In this document: positions 11,146-25,329 of the stretch, piece after piece
Position numbering within the stretch: the first letter of the stretch is position 1
Layout of the letters: each line of letters starts with the position of its first letter
From: Cirrosporium novae-zelandiae
Lineage: Eukaryota
Direction: 5' to 3'
Assembly: GCA_026023565.1 (NCBI GenBank)
Contig: JAPETS010000014.1
Location: 496,001-560,000 of the forward strand
DNA: 64,000 bases
The notes under the pieces: model-generated
What the model was told of the DNA's origin: nothing
What the model saw: only the letters and a program-made list of their open reading frames with translations
Database searches by the model: none
Program-made: the position numbers and the translations under genes

Positions 11146-12805
11146 CGACAGCAAGAGAGATTAATAACGGCATGGAATAATGCATATTATACAGATACCT
11201 ACTGGGATGTAATTTGGGATTAGGCGATAACAGCAAGTGGGGGATGATGAAATTCAATTAATGGAAAAAGCTAGTTTGATTTATACTCGGGTTAGTTGTG
11301 GTCTTGGTCTGGACCAAGCCTATCAATGATAACATTAATGAGACAATCGTTGCATGAAGGAAGAGGGAGATTCCGGAATAGTAATGGAATATCCGGCAAT
11401 GATCGGAAACAAAACCCAAACCTCAATTGCCTCGACCTCGCCGCCAAATAACAAGGATCAACCTACGACCATATGCGCAGGTACACTAATCCATTAATCA
11501 ATGACTGACTAAACCCTCTATAAACTTTTCAACTGGTCCGGGTTAACAAAGTCAAATCACCACTATTGGAAAGTTGAATCAAGACCTGAGGGGAACGATT
11601 ACGCCCATCACGAGAGCATATTAACAGCTCAAATCGGTTCGCTACACAAGTCTTGGTTTATATATCGACGGCGTGATGGCTTTGGACAGCTTGTTTTGTC
11701 CCTCGGCCTCAAATATAATTTAACGGCTTTGATATATCAACCATGGTTTTATCCTTTGACTGACAACCGCCACAGAAAAGTCAAATATGAGAAGGCCACG
11801 TGGGTTCAAGGATTATTTTTGACGTGCCAACCGTCTTCAAAGGCTCTCACACCGGCGGAGATTGTCGATCTTTTTATTAAATCTCTCACATCTCAACATG
11901 ATGGGCATCTAAACTCCTTCTGAGAACGTTCTATTAAGGTTAACTTCGAGGCTACAATGGGACAAAGCAACTAACCCGAATTCCCTTTAAGACTACAAGG
12001 GTGGTCAAGAACGTCCAATCCATGCCACCAAACCCATTTCCACATATCAGGGTTCCCATGACTTTCTTTCTAGTTATCAGTAGGAATTTCACTACTGTGT
12101 AAGGATTCCAACCTACCGATCTACAGATGTACGCATAGCAACACGCCTCCCGTCAACTCTATTCAACAGATCCCCCCTGATCATCTCTCAGTCTTTCCCT
12201 CCTTTTCATCTCATTGGTAATAGATGCATCCTTCAACCACTGATTACATCCAGTCTACTTTATCCATTCTCACTCCTAATGCTATTATCTCCTCAATGCT
12301 GGCTTCCCCATCTTTTGATCGAATGAAAGGGCGCGATGAATGCGTCTAATGCTGACTGCATGTCGAAAATGAATGAACAGGTCGTCAAATTTAAGCTTTG
12401 CCAGTTAATCATGAACATGCCATTCCTTGGATCCTTGCACAGAGTGTTCTCTAGAAAGAAATTATGCTCTGAACTTCATGAAAAGCAGTTTCACACGTGG
12501 AACAAGCTTCTTCCCGACCATGGAAGTTCCCTTCCTTGAAGGACGCCTCCATCTTGGACAGCAGTGGCCAAGTTTGATTCCCTCAGCTTCCAAACTCAAA
12601 GCAGGGGGTTATATTTCCAACATTAGCCGCTGTCCCTCATCGTAGACTCCCATCTCGCTGCTGTTCTGTTTATCAAGTCATTCCGTTAATCCTTTGTCAA
12701 TTTTCTACTCTGGATAATTTTTTATTATCTTTCCATTCATTAATATTCCATTACCGTCTTCGAATTCGTCAAGACGGCGTCTAATTAGAAATCACACTGC
12801 CTGCC

Positions 12806-14310
12806 ATGGGCGCCCCCGCGTCTTATTTTATCGAAGTATGGACCGAATATGGCATTGGAATGTGCATCTTCTTCCTGAGATTCTTTGCTAGAGCTACAGT
12901 TGTCGGGATAAGGAATTTCCAATATGATGATTATTTTGCTCTTTTGGGGATGGTTCTCTGGACAATTGACAATAGTTTAATCGATGTCATGGGTGAGTTT
13001 TCAACATGGTCGATATTTTTTTCAACAAGCCTTGTCAAGTCAGTCCTAGCCAGTTTACAGTTGCAAGCTCTTTGATCATATTGTGAGAGAAAACTTTAGG
13101 AAAACGAAATGGATACTGGCGTAGGCTAGCTTGTTATGAATGCTAACTGATAATAATTTACTTTCTGTTCCTGAGAACGGCTATACTTATGTTTGTCTAG
13201 GTAAGCATGGCAGCTTCGTCGGTCTTAACGAACAAACGGCAGCCGCTCTCGACGAGAAAACGGTGAAATCATATACCATTGGCTCGAAAGCGTTGTTCGT
13301 GGCATGGATAACTTATGTTTCCATGATTTGGTGCATGAAAGCAGTTCTTCTAGGATTGTACAACAGAATTACGTACGCTCCAATATGATAACCTCCTTTT
13401 TACTTCCTGAGCCACACTAATACGGGCCGAACAGACTCGGTCTCTGGCAGCATCGACTAATTAAAATCATGGCCGTCAGCTGTGGCATAACCTATATCGC
13501 TTTCCTCCTTACTCATTTCCTTCACTGTTTGCCAATCCAGAAGAACTGGCAAGTCAAGCCATATGCTGGTGATGCATGTACCCTGACGACCCCAAACTAC
13601 CTTGTTGTAGTCACAACCAACGTCTTGTTAGTATCTCCATAACCCCCCGAAGACCCTTAACCAACACTCCTAGAACCGACCTCGGTATCCTCTCCATCCC
13701 CCTCCCCCTCCTCTGGGCGGTAAAAATCCCCATCCACCGCAAATTAATCATCGCCATGCTCCTCTGTAGCGGAATATTCGTAATCTGTGCTGCCATCCTC
13801 CGAGCAGTTTTTTCCGTCGGAAACATCGGAGATCTATCCAACGCCGCCCTCTGGGTGAGTCGCGAGACCTTCACCTCCAGTATCGCCACCTCCATCCCCG
13901 CCATCAAACCCCTCTTCAGCAAACACAGCTGGATAAACTCCTCCCGTGGGAAGTCCAGCTCCAACAAAAACAGCCGCGGTCTAACATTCCCTTGGTCCAA
14001 GTCCGGGGGGAACACCACTGCTACTCTCACTTCTCGGATGGGAAACGGATACGAGCTTTCGAACGTGGGTAAGGGGAAGACCACGCTAGGTATGAAACCG
14101 CTATCGGATCAGGGTAGCGAGGAGTATATCATGGGGCGAGTAAGGGACGAGGTAGATAGGGGCGAGGCCATTAATAAGAAAATCGAAGTTCAGGTTACAC
14201 ATGAGTATCCGGGCGAGGGCAAGCAAGACTCCGCTATCACGTCAGCGGAATCTATCAGCTCTATTGGGGAGGAAGCTAAATCGAATGAGACGGGTTCGAG
14301 ATGGCGGTAG
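12806..14310 (+). CDS. PTH11-like integral membrane protein (fungal rhodopsin domain, no CFEM)
   Basis: Four exons. Motifs LRFFARA..VG...FQYDDYF, IWCMKAVLLGLYNRI, HCLPIQKNWQV, TDLGILSIPLPLLW.VKI...RKL, WVSRE; Ser-rich cytoplasmic tail. Confidence 0.88.
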
Positions 14311-14784
14311 CAGGAGGGGTATCTCTCTTGACCTAGATAGATTCTTACTGGAACTGGATTTTTTGATTCTTGAACGAGGTTGAACGAGGACTGCGGCGCA
14401 CTTCAGGCCCCGGATGGATAAAGGGACCGTGGCAAGGAGTCGGATAGTTAAATAATAGATGGGATAGACACATGCTCAAGTCATGAAGGGGGGAAATAAG
14501 AAAAGACAAGAAAAAACAGAATAAAATAAAGCAGCGAGTCATAATAACCACGCAAGCCTTGACAAAAAGCAAAGTCCGTCGGCTTGAATCCTACTCTCCC
14601 TAAAGTCCTATTTGTTTTATTATTCGACAATATAGTGGTGGTTAATCGGCCCTTGGCTCCTTGGCGGGAATCGGTATAAGACCTTAAAGTGTGGGTCGCG
14701 GGTTATTATATTTCTATATATCCATAGGCTCCCGCAATAGAGGCTCTTCAGTATCAATATATTATATGAAATATAACCCACCGG

Positions 14785-15759
14785 CTACCACATCGCCGCT
14801 CCACCAGTCACGCAAATTGTATCACCGTTGATCCAGCGACTACCATCCTCTGCCATAAAGGCCACAACGCTAGCAATCTCTTCTGGCTTTCCCAGCCTCT
14901 TCTCCGCGGTTGCAACGGTCTTAGCCCTCTCCACCATCTCTGGAGGTGCTCCTCTTATCCCATCTATTTACGACCCCAATTATCAGCTTATGTCAGACAC
15001 ATCACAATGTAGGATTCTTTTTTTAGATTGAAGTTCTTGGGACAATCCCAATCTGATATAAAACAATTGGAGAGGCACATCTATTTAAATTATTCAACTC
15101 ACCCGTATCGGTTGGTCCAGGCATAACATTGTTAACTGTAATCCCCTTCGGAGCAGCCCACTCGGTAGCCAAAGTGCGGGTAAAATTCTCGAGCGCAGCC
15201 TTGCTTGCTGCGTATAGGTACGTGCCTCCGGGACTGGGAACCCGTGCCAATCTCGAACTGATATTGATGATCCGGCCGCCTCGACGGACATGCGGCATCA
15301 CAGATTGCACGAGCAGCATCGGGGCCAGAAGGTTGGTGTCGAATGAGCGGTGGAATGTATCTGGCGTGATAGCATCGAGAGCATAGAGAGAGATGTCTGC
15401 GGCGTTGTTGACCAGGATATCGATACCCTCGGAAGAGAAAGCTCGTTGCGTCGCTTCCACTATCGAAGCAGCCGTCGAAGGGTCCGAGGCATCTGCCTTG
15501 ACCGCGAGAGCTTCGGTGCCGTATGCTCGAATTGCCTGCAGGGTTGCCTCGGCGGCATTGGCGTTGGAGAGGTAGGTTATTGTAATCTTTGGTATGCTTG
15601 TGAGCGTGCCATTGGAAAAAAAATTAAACAATGGATAGTAAAGTAGTATTAACAGACCCCCTTGGCTCCACGCTTTGCGAATTCGATAGCAATGGCAGCA
15701 CCGATACCCCGCGAGGCACCAGTTATAATAGCAATCTTTCCTTGTAGGGATTTTGACAT
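14785..15759 (-). CDS. Short-chain dehydrogenase/reductase (FabG-like)
   Basis: MSKSLQGKIAIITGASRGIG (Rossmann), LVNNAA, INISS, YAASK catalytic motif, VNNVMPGPTDT and WINGDTICVTGG; two introns. Confidence 0.92.
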
Positions 15760-16178
15760 TGTCGATTTGGGTTTAGAAGGTCACACAATGCTCCCGTAGT
15801 CCACACATAGAATCTTTTTCTCCTTCCTCTGTATTGAATGTGATTAATATTATTATACATTGTACATTGCGACATATCTTTATAGCCCAGGGAGTCGGAT
15901 ATAATAGTCAAAGTCCGGGGAGGAGTTGGATAATCGATAAAATCCGGCTTTCCCACCAATGCACCAATCGGAGACTATTTTATTTAAGTCCGATGATTGA
16001 TGATTGGTAGAGAAGGTACCTTGTAGGGCAGACCAATCAATCTTCACCGCTTTCGGTGGGGTGTGGCAGAATTTCAATCTACGCTAACGAAATTTCAGAG
16101 CTCCAGGATTTATCAATATTTAAAGATATTCTCATCTAAATCCTTCACACAGCTCTACAACACCCCATATCTTTCAAC

Positions 16179-17427
16179 ATGGCTCCATTACAACCTTCAC
16201 AAGCTGAACTAGATAGGCGGAAGGTATATATATACCCATTCAATCTATAGCTATCACTGCTAACCTGTATGACCTTTAGATAGTAGGAATAACTCCCGAA
16301 CGAGTCACCCATGTATCTTCTACCGATTATCCAGGCCATTATCCAGGCGAAGACCACTCGTGGAACCTCTCCAGGTTTGCAGAAGTACTACACCCTTTTC
16401 CCCCTCCCCCCAGACTCTCCTATCTCCAAAAGCTAACCCATCCACCCCTCAGAACTTCCAGATCCAATTCCACTTCAACAACCCCCTCGAGGCTAGCTTC
16501 TCATTAATTGGCATCGACGCTGCCATCGCCAACGCCTTCCGACGAATTCTAATCGCCGAGGTGCCCACCCTCGCCATTGAACACGTCTACATCCACAATA
16601 ACACCTCAATAATCCAAGACGAAGTCCTCGCGCACCGGCTGGGCCTAATCCCGCTCAAAGGCTCCCCCGTGGGCCTCGACTGGATGGAATGGTTTCAACA
16701 AGAAACCCCCACCCAACCGGCTTCTACCCCAAGCGACCGCAACACCATCGTCCTCAAACTAAAAGCGACATGCACCCGCAACCCGTCGGCCCCCAAAAAA
16801 GAAACCGACCCCAAAATCCTCTACAACAACGCCCACGTTTACGCTAACCAAATCGAATTCCATGCCGCCTCCCCACGTCAGCTAGATAAATTCCCCGCCC
16901 CAGACGGCATCATCCAGCCCGTAAACCCAGACATCCTAATCGCCAAGATGCGCCCGGGCCAAGAAATCGACATCGACATGCACTGCATCAAGGGCATCGG
17001 GGCCGACCACGCCAAATTCTCCCCCGTAGCCACAGCCTCCTACCGCCTCCTCCCTACCATCACCATCAAACAACCCATCCTAGGCAAAGACGCCCGAAAA
17101 TTCGCCCGCTGCTTCCCCAAGGGCGTCATCGCCCTCGAGCCCGTCACCCCCGCCGAGGCCGCCACCCCTGGCAGCGGCTACGAGGGTCACCAGGGCGACA
17201 AGAAAGCCGTCGTCAAAGATACCTTCCGCGATACCGTCAGCAGGGAGTGCCTGCGCCATGAGGAGTTTCAAGGAAAAGTCGAGCTGGGCAGGGTTCGGGA
17301 TCATTTTATTTTTAGTGTGGAGAGTACGGGGCAGATGGATAGTGAGAGGCTGTTTCTGGAGGCGGTGAAGACGCTCAAGATTAAGTGTGAGAGGTTGAAG
17401 AGGAATATGGTTTGTTTGAGGGGGTAG
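16179..17427 (+). CDS. RPC40: RNA polymerase I/III subunit RPAC1 (AC40)
   Basis: ATG 16179 and two 5' introns. Motifs IANAFRRILIAEVPTLAIE, NNTSIIQDEVLAHRLGLIP, GIGADHAKFSPVATASYRLLP, HFIFSVESTG. Confidence 0.97.
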
Positions 17428-17744
17428 GATGGAGTTGAGTTGAGTTGAGTTGGGGGGGGGGGGGTGCCCTTTCTAAATAAATTTCCCAATTCCAGTTTTT
17501 CAATTTTTTCAATTTTTCAATTCCGCATTATCTCACGGCGCAATGTGATATAGTCTACTTGTGATAGTGACAAGACAAAAAATACCAAATATCTATTTTC
17601 CCCCTTATATATATTACATATATTACATTACACTACTTGATCCGTGACCATTTACCGTTTACCGTTACATTTAAGTCGTGTCTGAGTTATTGTTATTGTT
17701 ATGAGATGTTATGGATTGTTTGCATGGGAGCGCATGAAACACAT

Positions 17745-17773
17745 GGATGGATGGATGGATGGATGGATGGATA
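17745..17773. repeat. Microsatellite (GGAT)n
   Basis: Read directly from the sequence. Confidence 0.85.
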
Positions 17774-18334
17774 GGTGCTAACTCCAGAACTCGGGGGATG
17801 TATAACTTTTCTTCTTCTTCCTTTTGTATTTTCATCTTCATCTCTCCACAACATCGGATATCAGGTAAGGATATAAAGTAGAGTATTTCAAGTTATCCCT
17901 TTCCATCTCTACAGCAGGATCAAAGCATCCATCCCATGGCACACGGTAAAAAAAACAGGAAAAAAGGAGAAGAGGAGAACAAGAATGGAAAAAGGATTAG
18001 TAAAAGGTTATATATATATATGTGTGTGTGTGGCTTGTTCATAAAGTCATGGGTTGGTTTGTGGTATGGAAAAAATAAATAAAAACTAGATTAAAATAAG
18101 TATGGATGGGGATGGGGATGGAGGGATTAGAATGTAAATTCCATTGTTTGAGTCCCCTCCCCCCCCCAAAAAAGTTATGCTTCCTCTTCCCCCCTCTTCT
18201 TTTCCTTTCTTTTCTTCCCTTTTCCTTTCCTTCATCCTCTTTCCCCTTCCTTTAACCAAACCTAACATATCCATCCAAATTCCAAATCCACCTTACCTTA
18301 CTTTACTCTACCCCCCTCTACCCTACCCCCACCT

Positions 18335-20747
18335 CTACTCACTCTTCTCAACCTCAACTAAATCATCTACCCTCCTGGATGGAAATGGACCTGGACCTGA
18401 ACTTGAACCTGAGTCTGTTTTACTCTCCTTGGGTTCAAGTTCGAGTTCAAGTTTAGCTTCGGGTTCATCGGGGGCGGTGTCTTTATCCGTCTCCGCATTT
18501 TTGGTTTCAGTTTCGGTAGGTGGTGTGTCTGTTTCTGCTTTGACTTCGGCTTCTGCTTCGGCTTCGGTTGCGGGTGGAGGTGGAGGTGGAGGAGGGTCGG
18601 GATTAGGGGGGGTGGGATCAGGATCATTCCTTATTGGGATTTCGGGACCGGTTTTGGATAAGGGGGTTATGGAATCGGATTCTAAGTCCAAGGCGACGTG
18701 GGGGCTGGGATTTGATAGTAGTGGTGGAGGTGAGACTGGGATTTGGGGAAGGATAGGGAGGCCGGCTGTGGGCGGGGATGAGAGCTTTAAGGGTGAGTTT
18801 TCTTGGGGTGGTGGTTTTTGGTCATTGGTGGTTGGGTCGTTTGGGTTTGGGTTTGCGGGGGGGTGGTCGTCACCTGGGCTTTTGTCTTTGTCTTTGTCTT
18901 CGGGTTTGGGATTGGGGAGTTCTGTTGAGAGGGTGTTGCTTGCCTGTAATGCGTGTGTGGGGGGGTATAGTGTCAGTTTTCTGGGGGCTTGTTTTTTTTG
19001 CATATGGAAAGGAAAGGGAAGGGAAGGGAAGGGAAGGGATTGTTTTAATTAGGGCTTACATTTTTGACTTCCCCTATGGCTGCCATGATGTCCTGACTCC
19101 CAGACCACCTCCCGATCCCGCCAATAGCGTTGTGATTCCCTTGTGGCATTAAGCCCTGCAAATTCTTGACTTTGTTCTCCAGATTGCTGATTAGATCTGG
19201 GTGGGATGCTGCATCGGGATTTGTAATCGTGGTTTGGGCATCGAGTATTGCTCTATTTGCATCTCTGATGGTTTCATTTAGGTGGGTTTCGGATATACGA
19301 TATAAGGGTTGGATTGCCTGTTGGTAGTGATTAATTAGGTCTTGGATGTGAATTTCTTGGGGAGGATATAAAGGGGGGGTTACATCTTGTAAAGTGCTGG
19401 TCACGGCATTGAGAGCACCCACATCCTGCCCATTCGTCTGTAATGTCATACTTACGATCTGCAGCAATTGGACCAGGTAGCTCCGATCTGCCTCCGTTAG
19501 GTCTCCTTGATAAGCTTTCAGAAGCTCTATGGTCTCCGTTTCCAGCATCTTTGTTTCGCTTCGCGCATCCGTGGCGACATTCCTGTCCGTTTCCAGTTCA
19601 AGTCGTTTTCCAGCCCAGAATTCTTTTACTTCGGAAGGGTAGCTCGTGTGAATCAGATCAATCTCCCATTCTGGTAGATGCTTGTCTGCTCGGTCGAGCC
19701 AGAGGCCCATACGCTCATCGCGTGTTTCCCTTGGAAGTCCTGGGAAATGCACGAGCATGTCGCCTCTTCGGGCCTGGAAGGGGTGGACGGTCTCGTTTAT
19801 TTCTCCTTGATATGCATTGAACCATCGCTGGGGTAGGTACATGCTTTGCTTTAGAAAGCGGGGTTCCTTAAGCACTTCACTGAGGGCAGATTGATCACGG
19901 AAGGTCAGGAGAACGTCGGGGTGGTAGGTTTTGAAAGCAATTACAGCAGACATGAGTTCAACGGACCACGAGTGAACACGGATGGGGAAAACTCCGTTGT
20001 TCAAGCCGTTCCAGTCGTTGGTTAGTAGGATGTGGATGTATGAGAAATCATCGGGAGGGAGAAAAATATCGAGGGGAATGTTGGGGTTCGTAATGATCGT
20101 ATCAGCGTCGAACCATCTACGTGTATGTTCAGAAATGCTAGTCTTTTGCTAGAGGATAATTGCCTTACAGTAACCATTGCAGACGCTCTTCCTCCGGTTT
20201 GGTCAGCTCATTAAGAATAACCGACAATATATAGGCAGGCTTAGTCCAAACATCGTCGAGAATGCCTGGGCCGAATTAGAAATGAATTTTTTGACAAAAT
20301 ATTTAAAATGGCTCGCCCACCCCATCTAAGCAACGACATTGGATACCCGAAGTTTTCATTATGTCTTTCGTGAGTCTTTATAGCCCTTTCATATGTAGGG
20401 TTGTCGCCGACTAGAATGGTCACTTTTCCTATCGTAGGGTGATTTACTAGCAGAGGAGCAGACTCGACAATCTTCTCGGTTGTTGGATTCGAGGTATTTG
20501 TCTCGGGTTGTGTTGCGTCTGTACTATTCGACGGATCCGTAGAGGTTGCATCTAACGCATCGGCGATGACAGAGTTCTCGGTATGAAAATCGCTTGGGAT
20601 GAAATTAGACTGCACAAGAACTTGACGCCGTGGTGGGAAGACATTTTCCACCGTGTGAAGGAGAATGATGCTTGCTGAAAATAGACCAGCTAGTTTGAAC
20701 AAAAGTCTGTAATGTAAACCTGACCCTATCCATCTCATGCCAACCAT
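18335..20747 (-). CDS. Glycosyltransferase family 34 (GMA12/MNN10-like) with long helical and Pro/Glu-rich C-terminal extension
   Basis: N-terminal TM anchor. Spliced frame reads GILDDVWTKPAYILS...LQWLL/WFDADTIITNPNIPLDIFLPP...DWNGLNNGVF...DQSAL...QRWFNAY...LVHFPG. Last exon 18335-~18944 is P/E/K-rich. Confidence 0.88.
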
Positions 20748-21579
20748 GATTAGTGGGCCAAATATAAGAAAAGGACTTGAGAAGGAAGAGAGATTAGAGA
20801 TAAATGTGGGTCATTCTCATCCATAAAGACCCTCAAGGGCGAGATATCACCAAACGCGAGGTGAAGACGGATGAAGGGGGATCGAGGTATGCCAAGACGT
20901 AGAGAGCGCGCAAGGGCCGTGATAACGAGCAAGGGAAAGATTCATAAATATGATATACACATTATGCCCATAAGAATTAACAGAAGAATCAGAATTAAAC
21001 ATAAGAGTCCTGCAATGAAACATCTCTACTGCAACAAAAGGCAGAGTAGCAGAGGTCTGACATTACCATAGCCGTCTTTCATCTATAAGGAATAGTCAAT
21101 TGGCAAGTGGGAAGTACCTATAATTGATAGGCATTAGACCATCACAAAACATTGAGTCCCATGTCCATAGAACCGCACAGAAATCATCATTCATTGAATA
21201 ACAGAATTAAAATACTGCAAGGAAAAGGTCAAGAATAAGTTTAGAAAGAAAAAACAAGGCTGGTTGCATGTTCGTCACTGTTGCACTATTTCTCCATTAA
21301 TATTCCCGATTACAATAACACACACATATATTAGATCTCAAGTGTTCTGATAAACGAATTAATCGAAAGAACCATTCATGGGTAGTAGTCTTGGAATCCA
21401 GATATCGTAGGGTTGGAAGAGATTTGTTGTCCAACATAAAAAGGTGTCTAGATAACGAAGGCTACGTATCGGCCAGCGGAGCGGAAGCTTACAACAACCA
21501 AAAAAACAACCTTGAAGGCTACTTTCACCACATCCCACTTTACTTACTTCCCTTGCCCACAAATAAAGAACCCGCCAAA

Positions 21580-22736
21580 ATGTCTACCGATGCACAATTC
21601 GATAGCGCTCTGTAAGAAAAATTATTCTCTATTCCAATATCCTAATCAATCAAGAAATACACACAAAAAGCTAACCAATTAAAAAAAAACCACAGTGATC
21701 TCCTCCGCCGCCTCAACCCCAAATACACCTCCGCAAACCTAACCCGAATCTGCTCCCTCGTCCCCAGTCTAGAAGAAGACCTCCTTTCATCTGTCGACCA
21801 GCCCCTCGAGGTCCGTCGCTGTCGTAGATCCGGCCGCGATTACCTACTCTGCGACTACAATCGGGATGGGAACAGCTACCGCTCGCCCTGGAGCAACGAG
21901 TTCGACCCCCCGCTGGAGGATGGAACGGTACCTAGCGAGCGGGTGAGGGAGATGGAGAAGAAGGCTAATGAGGCGTTTGATGTTTATCGGGAATTATATT
22001 ATGAAGGTGGGGTTAGTAGTGTGTATTTTTGGGATTTGGATGATGGGTTTGCGGGGGTGGTGTTGTTGAAGAAATGTATGTGCTGTTACTGTGTTTTTTT
22101 TTTTTTTTACAAAGCCATCTTCAACTAACCACCACCACACACAGCCGTCTCCCCCGGCAGCCAAACCTCCGGAGCCTGGGACTCAGTCCACGTATTCGAA
22201 TCCATCGACCGAGCCCGGACCGCCCACTACAAGCTCACCAGCACCGTGATCCTCCACCTGGGCACCAAATCCGATGGCCTGGGGGATATGGATCTCAGCG
22301 GCAACATGACTCGCCAGGTGGAGCAGGACATGCCGGTGGAGGATGATAGCAGCCATATCGCTAATGTGGGGAAGTTGGTCGAGGATATGGAATTGAAGAT
22401 GAGGAATTTGTTACGTGAGTTATGCTTGTGCTATGCTATGCGCATGTATCTATATCTGTGCCTTACGATATGAACATTCGTTCAATTCGCCCCCCCCCCC
22501 TCCAAAAACACATAAACTAACCTCATGCCTCCTTCCCCCACACAGAAGAAGTATATTTCGGAAAAGCAAAAGACGTAGTCGGGGATTTAAGAAGTACGTC
22601 GTAACCCTTTTTCCCCTTCCCCCCCTTCATTCTCACCCCCAAAACTAACCACAAAACAGGCATCCCCTCCCTAACAGAAACAAACCGCGACAAGGCCACA
22701 CATCAAGAGATGATTAATTCAATGAATAAACGATAA
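21580..22736 (+). CDS. CAP2: F-actin capping protein beta subunit
   Basis: [19 protein letters not shown]..., [60 protein letters not shown]; five exons. Confidence 0.97.
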
Positions 22737-23211
22737 AGATAGGAATGGGTAAGATGGGGATGTGGGATACTACGTTCTTATTTTTCCATCTTTTTGTATG
22801 TAGCTAGAAATTCAAATCCTAAATCCAAAATCCGAATTCGTCTTGGGTAGTAGCTTGGCTTGGCTTGCAAGGGTGTTTCATGGAGGGAGTTCTCTAGGTT
22901 GAAGCAAGTTCATGTCTGCTTCTTTTTTTTTTTTTTACTAATTCAATTTGAAGGATGTCTAGCTAGCTATGGTATCTGCCATTAGAGCCGATTTTTCATT
23001 CTTGGTTCTTTCTGAGTGTCTGATGGGATGTGCTTGAGTGAAAATACATTTTATTTCATTCTAGAAAATGACTATTAAGTGATGACTTTTAGAGAGGCTT
23101 AGGATTCTTTCCTAAGTTCCTGTTTCGTGATTACTACCAGCCTCATTTTTTATTTTATTTTTCATTCATAGTCTCCTCTGCCCAAGTAAAATCAGAGGGA
23201 GGGTTCGAAAT

Positions 23212-24298
23212 TCAATACCCCACGAACCCTTTGTTTTCCCTTACTGATACGCCAGGGAAAGTAATCGGGTGCACGGCATTCCCCATCTTCACCTTGAGGT
23301 CGGTGAATTTGATGGTCATCTTTTTGAGACTTGAGAGGTCTAGCTCTGCTGTTTTGGCATACATTTCCGGGGTTGGAGGCGAGAGGATCCATCCCATGCT
23401 TATGTGGAAGGGGATTGAGGAGTGAGGTTGGGGAAATGCTGGGGGATTGGATTTTATTGGTCCGGGGGGTTCGATTGTTGCCTTCTTTGGACCTTGCTGT
23501 GCCAGTGTTCCCTGTTTGCCTTTACCTGCTGGAGAAGCGTATAACAACGGTAGTTCCATAGATGTACAGACTTGGTTTAAAGTGCCTAATAACAGGTTTA
23601 GACCATCATTCGAGGGCTTTTCAACCCCTAATACAAGAAACCATCTTGTTTGCTCATAATTCGGTACCCATTGTATGGAGGTGAAGGTTATCTGGAAGCT
23701 TGACTGATCAGATCACCGTAGCGACTATAACGTGTTGACTGTACCTACGGTCGTATCCCACAGTTATTAACTGCTTCCTCAATATTTAAACGAAAACTAT
23801 GTCGTTGCTCTGTTTGAAGGGAGAGTGACCGCGAAAGGCTGATGTGGAGGGGCAGCGGGGCATTGAGGTCACTCATTAGGAGGCTTGTGATTGAGGCGGA
23901 TGGATGGGACTCATCAAGCTGTTTAACTATGGGATCAAGATAGCCAAGTTCTATTGGTGTTGGATTCCCTCCTTCTAATTAGCACAAGATTGCATCCCCA
24001 AACCATGTTCACACCTCGACAGGGTCTCAGCGTCGAACTTACACTCCAGATAGACATGTGTCGGCCAATTCCCTTCAACATGAGGCGTTACTCTTTGACG
24101 TCCGCCATGTAGAGAAGGGTCATCTTTAGTGCTAATTCGAACGGTGGAAGCATATAGGTCATGGAATGAAGATGGGAGAGGTGGTAAAGCGGACTGTGAT
24201 TGGGTCTGCGAACTCGAAAGCTTAGGTTTCTTAGAAGGAGGGCCTGGAGATGACGACTCCGAATCAGAGTCTGAATCTGAATAGTCAACAAGAGCCAT
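23212..24298 (-). CDS. USB1: U6 snRNA phosphodiesterase Usb1/Mpn1 (2H family)
   Basis: [10 protein letters not shown] start, [20 protein letters not shown], and two HxS motifs ([15 protein letters not shown]); introns present. Confidence 0.92.
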
Positions 24299-25329
24299 TG
24301 TTGCAGAAGGATGCAGTTGAGGCTTTCCGAAACTTGCACTGATTCGCAGGATATCTCTTTTTACGGATTGTACCAAGTATTGTAGTAAGGTTATCAGGGT
24401 TAAGCTTGCAAGAACGGCAGGATTGGTGATTGGCAGCAAGGATGGTTTCAATTATTGTATCATGTCTGTAAATGATGGTAATTATAAATAACGAGACTAT
24501 TCCTGATTGGTAATGGTGGGTAATCTACGGTTGAGCTGTTAAATGTCCCATGTGGTCGCCAATAACGTCTGCCGCTGCACATCAAGATTTGACTCAATGT
24601 CTTGTTTGGAGCCTCAACCTTCAAAGCCCAGTGGCCCCAACCATAATACTACAATGGCATGCACACACATGTTCAAATATTCAAACTATCACAAGTTCAC
24701 AACTATGTAGCTTTGATCAACCCCTGTCAAAGGAGAAAAGCTTACTGAACCACTTTATGCCTACGATGCATTATTATCAATCAATGGTCAGAGTGCAACG
24801 GGAAATCTCGGCACGCCCCTTAGACCGACTCGTACGAAGGCAGTTCTATCTTATCTGATCATATCGGGAAACCCACTCAACTCATTGCAACAAGGCGCCT
24901 CCATGTTAATAAGTGGTTCTTCTGTTTTTAAGGCATGTCAGTGGCCAGAGAGTGACTACACTGTAGTGATTGTATATATGTATATATATGTTGTATGCAT
25001 CTCCTTATTTCATCATCTAGAACACCTGGCAGTTCCGGAATTGATGTCACAGAAGTATTTTGGAGGTCAGCCTTATCGTAATCACACCATGGCCCGGTCA
25101 AATGGGAATCAGACATGAACCCGAGGTTTTGACTCCAGACTAGAGAATGGCACTCGGAATGCTTCTCATATTTCAGTTAAAACGCTCCCTTCGTACACAC
25201 AATTGCTTCAGACACAACTTGCTAAAATGGGGTTTTCTTCATTCACTTCATGCTGCTTTTACCCTGGTAATTCCTCAATTCGCACAGCTTCTTAAATCTA
25301 TTCTAATTATTGTGGCACAGATTCTCCAA

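Noticed and set aside
16131..16136. PAC-like CTCATC motif upstream of RPC40
   Set aside because: Fits the biology but is only a 6-bp core, too short to support alone.
18144..19052. 302-aa Ser/Gly-rich + strand ORF
   Set aside because: Antisense shadow of the low-complexity GT34 last exon and its UTR.
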